DNA of 44,781 nt, taken from positions 33,784,276-33,829,056 of the forward strand of contig NC_057719.1 of assembly GCF_004010195.1 (NCBI RefSeq). Direction: 5' to 3'. Positions 35,851 through 44,781 of this stretch are shown here, piece by piece. The DNA comes from Chiloscyllium plagiosum. Lineage: Eukaryota. Position numbers and translations under genes: made by a program. The notes under the pieces are model-generated. The model had not been told where the DNA came from. It worked only from the letters and a program-made list of their open reading frames with translations, and did no database searches. The number at the start of each line of letters is the position of its first letter. Within the stretch, counting starts at the first letter, position 1.

Positions 35851-36539
35851 GAGAGGTACGGATATTCAAAGAAGTCTGCAGAGGATCTTTTTGGTTCTGA
35901 CGAGGTTTTGTGTGGACATTAATAGCCTGACATAGCTACAGCAGAGGTTTCATGAGTGCAAGGGAGCCAAAGAGGAGAGCCTTGTCTTTCAATACAAGGA
36001 ACTGGTGAAGCTCATCTGCATCATGCTCCTGGATCCCTCCTTCAAATCTAACAGAGACAGGCAGTTGAAGGTGTACTGCATGAGTCTATGACTGCCCAGC
36101 CAAAGTGATGAGGGATGGGAATGTTCAGATAGAGTTGAGGAGCCTTAGTAGTGACAACCTTAATTATCTTGTGTTGATGTTCGGAATCATGTCAATTGGA
36201 TATTGGGAAAGTCTGAACTCCTGAAAACAGGATAAAGACCAGCATCTGACTGTGGAAGTGGATCAGGATGTAGATATCAAGTTGTAGAGGCAGACAGAAT
36301 AGATTGCTGACAGACTGTGCAGATCCAGTCCTTGCTTTCCTATCTCTACCATACAGCGCATGGTTGATGCTGTCCAAGGGATGTTCCAAAAGCTTGCAAT
36401 AGTGACAGTGCTGGCCACTTAAAATGAGACTGCCCTCAATAATGAATCATTTAAACAATTCACCGGAGAGGAAACACCTTAACATATCCATTTCTGTCTC
36501 CCCCAAAGGCCCCCTTAATAACATATGTCCGTCTTCAGC

Positions 36540-37080
36540 CAAATTCATTCACTCCATGTGATAGCAAGAAACTGAATACTGTAAAGGCAACAGGGCCAGA
36601 AAATTATTCAGGCAGCAGTACTGAAGATGTGCTCCAAAACTTGCTGCAACTTGTAGCAAAACTTCAGTCTACGGCAATCAGAGGACAACTCTCTGCTGTT
36701 TGGTGTCATACCTGGTACATAAGATAATGAGTGTGGTTGGGGAAGCTCAGTTATCTCAGCTCCAGGAGCTCATCAGAGTGATGTCCTAGGCCTGAACATC
36801 TTCAGCTGCTTCTTGAATGGCCCTCCCTCCATCATAAGGTCAGAGGTGGAGGAGTTGCCAAAGATTGCACAATGTTCAGTTCCATTCACAACTCCTCAGA
36901 CACTGAAGCAGTCAATTTTTAAATGAAGTAAGAAGTGGACAATTTCCAGACTTCAGTTGAGAAGTAGCAAGTGACATTTGTGCCACACATATGCCAGGCA
37001 ATAAGCATATTCAACGGGAGGGAATTTAACCATTATCACTTGACATTCAATGACCTTACCATTACTGAATCCCTTTTTCC
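36540..37080 (+). mobile_element. Decayed second-family CR1-clade LINE RT fragment
   Basis: Similar to 34680-34860 (ctcagctccagga...gtcctaggcc...catcttcagctg...catcataaggtcaga). Confidence 0.75.
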
Positions 37081-37354
37081 AATCATCTGCTATAAGATGA
37101 GAATGCTGGCACTAACATGAACCTGAACTTTCTTGCCATCATGGCACAATCAAACTGTTATAGTGTGCTGTTATACCGTGCCTTAAGAAATAGTCACTGT
37201 GTTTGTGTACAGCTTCATGAAATGGCAGGTCTCAAGCAAAGAAATACGTAGTAAGGTCTTTGCAGTAGGTACCAACGAAGAGGGAGAAAACTGAAGTAAG
37301 GGAATTTGACCAGTCAATTGGATCCTCTCTGGAGGAAAAGTAATCTTTGTCAGA

Positions 37355-37797
37355 ACATGAACCAGGAGCAGGAGTCGGCCATCTGGCTCTTTGATCCTGC
37401 TCCGCCATTCAATATGATCATGCCTGATCTTTTTGTGGCTTAAGCTCCACTTACCCGTCCTCTTACCATTACCCTTAATTCCTTTACTGTTGAAAATATT
37501 ATCTACCTTAGCTTTAAAAGCGTTTACTGAGAAAGCCTCAACCACTTCACTGGGCAGGGAATTCCATAGATTCACAACCCTCTGGGTGAAGAAGTTCCTT
37601 CTCAATTCAGTCCTAAATCTGCTCTCCTTAATTTTGAGGCTATGCCCTTTTGTCATAGCTTCATCCACCTGCAGAAACAACTTCTCTACTTCTATCTTAT
37701 CTATTCCCTTCATCATTTTATATGTTTCCATAAGATCTTCCCTCATTCTTCTGAATTCCAATGAATATATTCCCAATCTACTCAGTCTCTACTCATA
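37355..37797 (-). mobile_element. CR1-like LINE 3' fragment
   Basis: LGIYSLEFRRMREDLMETYK...TKGHSLK...RRNFFTQRVVNLWNSLP. Confidence 0.93.
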
Positions 37798-39711
37798 AAC
37801 CACATGTAAAGATGAAGAGGCAGATTAAGGATTTTCTCAAACACGCATGTTCTCACATATATATTCTGTATCTATAGTTTATCTTAATCTCACTTCATAT
37901 TTATAAATACCTCCTGCCAGTGGGCAGAAGAATTCCTGGTTCATAATCTTCATAATCTTTGAGCTGCCCATGTCCTTAAATATCATGGCTTCCCCTTTCA
38001 ATTTATCAAGATCACTTCAAGTAATTTGACACAATATATTTTTAGCAAGACTAGTAGAGTTCCTAACAAATACTTAATATTGTTAATTTCACTGAGCTCA
38101 TCAGTTCACAAAGAATATTTTGTCTCATTAACATCTAGAATAATCAGAATTAACTTTGTAGAACATATTTTACAAAAATTAACTCTGTATGCAGAGTAAC
38201 AACACTGCTTCAGCGTAGACAGATTTTAAGACCGTGGCTACCTCATAAAGCACACTTTACATATTGTAACCTATTCAAAAGTCCTTAATGCAATGTACCT
38301 AAGAGCTTCTGGATGTAGTCAGCTACGGATAACATGTCAACAAGTAAGCAAATTATGTTAAAAATGTACTAAAAGAGACTTCAAGAACTGTCAGACTCTT
38401 ATTTTCCACTGCACTATTGTGAACCAGCAGCTACCAAAACAAATACAGAATTCACATGAGGTTATACTGCTACACATTACCTTGGTAAAAGTATCCTTCT
38501 GTATAGACAGCACTTAACCCCATTTCCAATGTGACTAATAATGGAATACAATAACATGGATATGTGATGTGGGAAATGGCTCATTGGTTTCTCCTTTTCA
38601 GGTCTAAAGCTTAACGATCAGTCTAATTGATATTTTCATCATTGCCAACTATGCATTAAGTTAAGTTTAACTGGCTGTGGAAAAAGGAAGTATGAGGTAA
38701 TTGTGGTAAAGTAGGATTACAGCCAAAATAACTAATTTGTTCTGTAGCAAACAAGTGGCAAGATTACAGAAGGCAATACAATTTCACCCATGACTATTGT
38801 ATACTGATTGAATTGCATTCAGTCTACAAACATTGTTCTGCAAGTGATGCTAATAAATAAATTTCATGTTATTAGAGAGTGGAATATGTATTCTCTTACA
38901 GGCATCTGATTACCCTCATGTGATTACCGAGTTTTCCTCTTTCTTCTCCTGCCCCTTTTGCCTGGTGCAACCCAAGTCGCTTCAGCACATGTAGACAGGC
39001 TCCTCAGAACCCTGCTCCAAATGATGAGATCCTCTTTGCTTATTGCTTTTTAAAAAATAAATATGTGTTCTTCTGTATTTTGAACAGACTTGAAGTCATA
39101 GAATCATTCAGCACAGAAAAAGGACTTTTAGCCCATTCAGTCTGTGCTGGTCACCCAACAATCACTAACTATTCTCATCCTATTTTCCAGCAGTTAACCC
39201 ATATCCTTGGATGATTTGACATTGCAAGTGCATATTAAAATGCTTCTTCAATGTTATGAGGTGCCTTTGTGAATATATTCACTGGCTAACCAGCACGATA
39301 ACCAAATTGCAAAAATAAAACTTCCCTCCACAGGATCTAATGGATTTTCTCATACTATCTTCCCAAACTCATCCATGTCTCATTACCCCATGGCACCCAC
39401 AAGTTGTACTGACTTACTCACTGTAGGTGGATGTATCAGCCATTGTCATGTCCTCCCACAATTTGGTACCCTGCTTTGCTGACTGGGATCTGAAGGTCCT
39501 ACTGGATGGGGAGGTGCATGTAATTGCTGCCCATGGTGTGTTTCTCTGAGATGTTTGTGATGGAAGTGACTGGAGTCACCAGGTTTTTGTTCTGACTTTC
39601 ATGTTGGGAATTATTACGTCCTGGTTTCTATCTGTTGGGCAAGAGAATGGAAGCATGCATATCAATGAGGTAAAATGGCATTATACTGAGGATGGTAATA
39701 CAATGCTGAAG

Positions 39712-40035
39712 ATGGTAAATTGGCCACGAGCCACTCGCCAGTGAAAATCACCTCTCAGCATTTAATACTGGGTTGGAAAATAAAGCATTTTGCCTTCAAA
39801 GTTGAGAAGTTTCTCATTGGCCATCTCATACAATACTTCCTACTTAACTAGCTATTACCCATGTGATTAAGGGCCTGGGAGATTCCACACAATATTTTCC
39901 TTTTCCCAGTAGACTCAATAATTATTCTTGAGCAACATAATAAGACACTGAGAACAAAATGCTCTATTTTCCAACCCAGTATTAAATGCTGAGAGGTGAT
40001 TCTCACTGGTGAGCGGCTCGTGGTCAATTTACCAT
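39712..40035. repeat. 81-bp inverted repeat with 162-bp spacer
   Basis: 39712-39792 matches the reverse complement of 39955-40035 with about 5 mismatches. Confidence 0.93.
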
Positions 40036-41679
40036 TGAGGAGCTAGTGTTACACCTTTATTATTTTTGTCTTATCACCACAGCATCCATGCCACTGTTTA
40101 GTGCAGACTCTGGTTGAAAGTTGAAAATCTTCACCTCTTCAGAATTACAAGCCTCTGGTATTAATGGACATTCCAGGAGATGTTACATTGCTTGGATAGA
40201 TCTCCATACTTACTGTCAGTGGATTTTCTTTGGACTTCATGCACATGCATGATGGTGATGGTGCAGTAACAAATCTGAGTCTTGAGGTGACTGAGACAAG
40301 GCCAACTAATCTGTGATTTACTGGCTCCTGATGGAAGAGATTTCGCCAGATCATTAGACAACTCATGTGCCTTTGACTGTAGATGCACCAGAATGGTGAC
40401 AACAGTGTGGTGGTTCCAATTTTGGAGCTGTAGCTTAAGTTTCTTTGTCTTTCCCTTGAAGCAAAGTTGATGACAGTCTTTGGACCTCTCTTCTCAATGT
40501 AACTTGCCTTCTTTTGAGCAATAACAAGTGTAAGATACATATCAACTCGTTTTATTGGCTTCAAACAACCAGTAACGGAACACTACATTAAGCTGCTGAG
40601 AAACACAGAGAAAGAGTGGTTGTTTATAATATTCTCATATTGGTTACCTATTTAGAGTTCATCAGGTTTGTTAAGGTATAACTATCATCTTTGCTTCAAA
40701 GATCATATTATCAAAATAAAATGAAGGATGCTATTTAATATTATTCCAAGTTAAACTGATGTTAAATTGTGTGCTGGTATTCTCTCAAACCAACATGGGC
40801 TCTTACTTTATTGACCAATTTGCCATTAGGCAACTTATTAAAAGATTGTCTACATCATGGTTCCCATAATGTTATATTTCATCTGGAAAGCTATATCCAA
40901 CACTGATATTTCAAAAGGTAGATAGAAAATGTCAAGGAAAATGTAGTTCAGTTTGTATCATGTTAACAACAGGAAACGCATAGGAATCCCCAGTAAGGAA
41001 GGAATAGAAATATGTTGGAACGTAAAACAACATAACCATCAATGACAATGCAATGAACTTATAAAAATGTATTTTGAAAGGTTACTCTGCACAAACAAAA
41101 GATTGAAATTTAAAATGACTTCTGTAAAAGATGCCAGTCAGAATTATGGCTTCAAATTCTCCTTTAACTCAAGACAAAAGAACAGAAAACATTCCCAGAC
41201 ACAAAAGACTTTTCAGAATTCAGTGGATGTCCACAGAAGTAAATAGACTCATTTAAGCACAAAGATATTTAGTTAATAAGAATATTTAAGGTGTGAACAT
41301 CACCATCTACCTATAGACTGTGAGGTGGTGTGTGAGTTATTCAGATTGTGAAATGAAACTTCAACAATGTCTTATTTGAAAAACAATTCAGTATTTGTTA
41401 CAGGGTCCCATCATACAGTAGCCATCTTTCCTCCTTGTTTAATATCTGGCTGTGTCACAGGAATGCAACCACAAGGCGTATATAGACACAGAAACTCTAC
41501 CTGCAAGTGTTATATCATTACCAAGTGACAAACACAGCTGCCTTCCAACTCGAAGGGTAGTCTATTTAATCAGAACTTAGATGTCCAATGAAGCAGCAGC
41601 AACTGAAAGCAATGTTGGGGAATGTCTTTGGTACAGTCAGCTCTTCTTTAGATAATGTTACTGAATTCAAATATGTTGA

Positions 41680-41862
41680 TCTTGCTAATGTTAATCTTGC
41701 TTTGTGCACCTCCTGTGCAGCTGTAATGTTGTATGCCTCTCTCTGTCTAAGCACCCGATGACCGGTATTTCTGTGTTTGCTATGATCTGCCTGTACTGCT
41801 TGTAAAACAAAGCTTTTCACTGTACTTAGGTACATACAACTACAATAAATCAAATCAAAATC
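41680..41862 (+). mobile_element. 3' tail of a Rex1/Babar- or L2-like LINE
   Basis: aagcttttcactgtacttaggtacat...caataaatcaaatcaaaatc, ending in a short-repeat tail. Confidence 0.55.
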
Positions 41863-41954
41863 TCTCCCAAATCCAAAATCATTCCAGAGCCAATCTCTCT
41901 CTTTGCTCAAGATGAGGAACTGCCTGGCTGCATTACTCTATATTTTATTTATTT

Positions 41955-42712
41955 GTAGGATGTGGGCATCACTGACTGGCCACTATTTATTGCCCATCCC
42001 TAGTTGCCCTTGGGATGTTGGTGGTGAGCTGTCCTTTGGAATCACTGCAATTCACCTGCTGTGGGTTGACCTTCAACGCTGTTAGGGAGGGATTTTGACC
42101 TAGTGGGAGTGAAGGAATGGTGATGTATTTCCAAGTCAGAATGGTGAGTTACTTGGAGGGCAACATGTGTCTGCTGCCCTTGTCCTCCTAGATTAAAGTG
42201 GTCATGGATTTGGAGGGTGCTGTCTGAGGGTCTTTGGTGAATTCTTGCAGTGCATCTTGTACATAGTACAGTGCTTCTGAGCATTGGTGGTGGAGGAAGT
42301 GGATGCTTGTGGAGGTGGTGCTAATCAAGTGGACTGCTTTGTCCTGAATGGTGTCAAGCTTCTTGAATATTATTGGGGCTGCACTTGTTCAAGCAAATGG
42401 GGAGTATTCCACCACACTCCTGACTTGTGCCTTATAGATGATGGACTTGCTTAGGGGAGTCAGGAAGTAAGTTACTCATCACAATATCCCTAACCTCTCA
42501 CCTGCTCTTGTAGCCACAGTGTTTATGTGGTGAGTCCAGTTGAGTTTCTGGTCAATGGTGACCCTCAGGGTGTTGGGGATTCAGTGATGGTAACACCATT
42601 GAATGTCAATGAGCAGTGAATGATGCTGAACATTGTGCAATCATCGGTGAACATCTCCACTTCTGACCTGGTGATGGAGGGTAGGTCATTTGAAGAAGCG
42701 GGTGAAGATGGT
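41955..42712 (-). mobile_element. Second-family CR1-clade LINE 3' part
   Basis: 42620-42710 is the reverse complement of the TIFSCFINDLPSIIRSEVGMFADDCTMF segment. ~42350-42430 encodes YKAQVRSVVEYSPFA. Confidence 0.8.
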
Positions 42713-44479
42713 GCTCAATGGCCAGTGCTACTTTACTAGTCTTTTCCCATGCTCCTAGATTCTCTATCCTAGGCTCCCCTGTACATGCAGTAGTTTGGCA
42801 TCAATAGAGTGATTTGCGAATGCTTAGATGATGATGTTATTACACATGAAATGTAATAATGCTATACGCAAATGCACAAACTCATTCTAGGTCTAGGGAG
42901 ATCTGTTCGAGCAACTGATATTACCAGATTAGTAGTTTTGACCACCACCTTTGAGTTTGGGCTAATTATTTCGTAGCAAATATCTGCAAGCTGACAGTTT
43001 CTCTGAGCTGGCAATCTGTATGAAGGAAAGAAGGACTAACAGGCCCTGCTATCATATTGTAATTGACCAGGGTGCACAAGTGTCACACCTGTAGCACTAA
43101 ACTGTAACTAATTTCTCCATGAATCATACATATTAAGTTAAACTAGGGAACCTTCTTAAGTTCCACCCATCTCTATGACTACATAATAAAGAAGGGGAGC
43201 CTGTTCCTCCTTCCTCACCTGCAATTATAATGAATTGGTGCATTGTAATTGCAAAGGAATCAGCAAAAAATGGCCATTGCTCATTTACTAGTCCTTGCCC
43301 ATGCTTCTAGATTCTAATTTAACCTGGTGACACTTCATGAAATAATTTTGAATGTTCTACCATGTTAAAGATTCTATATTAGTGCAAGTTGCCAATGACT
43401 TCTGCTTTATTTTCAGTACAATTAGCTCGCTGCATTAGAATTTGGAGGGGAGAAAATAAATTAATTACAATATGTTGCTAAGCAGCATTAATGTGTGCCA
43501 CTAGAGGAATAATAAGCTCTTGTCATTCAGTATTGTGCTATTTGTTAATACAATGCTATCATGAAATTTCTACCACAATAAAAGCAAAGTAGAACAAATT
43601 GCATAAAATCAATGGCAATGGCTCCTGACTAGATGAAACCACAAGACCAGAAGAAGTGACATCTGGTAAATGCATAATCCATGTAATATCTGCACAGCAT
43701 CACAATTCTGGTAAACCCATTCAGATAATACATGCATGGAATAGAGCCACTGAAAGTAACTGGTACAGTTCAGTTGTCTTGAATGTGAGAGAGCAGAAGT
43801 GACATCTACTCCTGGTTCAGTTGTCAGGAACAATATTCCTTCGTTCAAATTTTAGACAAGGTGCCTGCAGGACCTTCAATAGTAAATGCAGGACTGATGC
43901 AGACCTTCAGCAACACGCTGCTGTATGCCAGCCAGCATACCCTTGATCTCACATTTTCTTTGAGAACCTCTGGTGTCTTGCATTGTCATATCTTTCTCTA
44001 TATTTTCCCTTCTCTCTTTTCTTGATACCTTCAAGTTGCTTTTCCTTGACATTTGTGTACTGAAGTCTTTGCTTTTCGTATTTTTTTCCTTTGTTCCATT
44101 TTCTCCTTTACATGTCAGTGGTCAAAATCCTGACAAAATGGTGAAGGTTGCTACAGGAACATTGACAGGTGCATGGTGCTCAAACTACATGTTTAAACAT
44201 CTTTGAGTTGCTTAAAGCCAAAGTTTCCAGCTTTGTAACCGACCTTAACGATTTGAGTCCAAGAGAGGATCATGCCGAGGCTCAGGAATGCAATTAATTT
44301 GAATTGCTCTCAAGAACACATGTTAACATTTCTTAGTGATTTTCAAATATTTTGAAACAATATTTATAAGCTTTTTTTGTGAAAAAGATATGGTTGAAGT
44401 CAATTAATTATTGTACATTGATTGAATTTTCATATTTCTCAAAGTAATAGGATGTCCAAGAATGTAGGGAGGCTGTGGA

Positions 44480-44781
44480 GAAGGTAGCACTGACAGGGAG
44501 TACTTGTGGACACAGAGATGGGCTCAAGTGCGTATACTTCAATGCAAGGAGATCAGAAATAAGGTGGGTGAACTTAAGGCGTGGATCGGTACCTGGGACT
44601 ACGATGTTGTGGCCATCACGGAAACATGGATAGAAGAGGGACAGGAATGGTTGTTGGAGGTTCCTGGTTACAGATGTTTCAGTAAGATTAGGGAGGGTGG
44701 TAAAAAAGGAGGGGGGGTGGCGTTGCTAATTAGAAATGGTATAACGGCTGCAGAAAGGCAGTTCAAGGGGGATCTGCCTTT
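44480..44781 (+). mobile_element. CR1-like LINE ORF2 start (AP-endonuclease), frameshifted; runs off the window end
   Basis: LKCVYFNAR, then a frameshift, then NKVGELKAWIGTWDYDVVAITETWIEEGQEWLLEVPGYRCF...GGGVALLI. Confidence 0.93.

Noticed and set aside
40145..40564. Overlapping minus-strand ORFs with a GTAAGT donor-like site near 40213
   Set aside because: No recognisable protein and no convincing acceptor.
43880..44120. K/E/R-rich minus-strand frame
   Set aside because: Explained by purine-rich composition; there is an in-frame stop just after the nearest acceptor.

Overview
Repeat-dense vertebrate non-coding DNA. The HE1-like SINEs, CR1/HER1-like LINEs and DeuSINE-like relics point to a cartilaginous fish, most likely a shark (inference). 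I found no convincing host protein-coding gene. The recognisable ORFs are retroelement fragments and the X-rich ORFs are artefacts of two N gaps. The window holds many nested CR1-clade LINE fragments, tRNA-derived SINEs, a decayed Gypsy pol/gag remnant, a probable solo LTR and a Tigger/pogo-like non-autonomous DNA transposon carrying a C-rich minisatellite. It also holds at least 12 Penelope-like element (PLE) fragments. The most notable signal is a set of minimal hammerhead-ribozyme (HHR) motifs (CUGAnGA-stem II-GAAAC-GUH) in the PLE pseudo-LTRs (pLTRs), in about six sequence families whose stems I and II differ but still pair. Many copies sit in inverted hairpin insertions. Four of these have 15-16 bp target-site duplications (TSDs), and their breakpoints cluster at the ribozyme core. 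Boundaries of old repeats are approximate.
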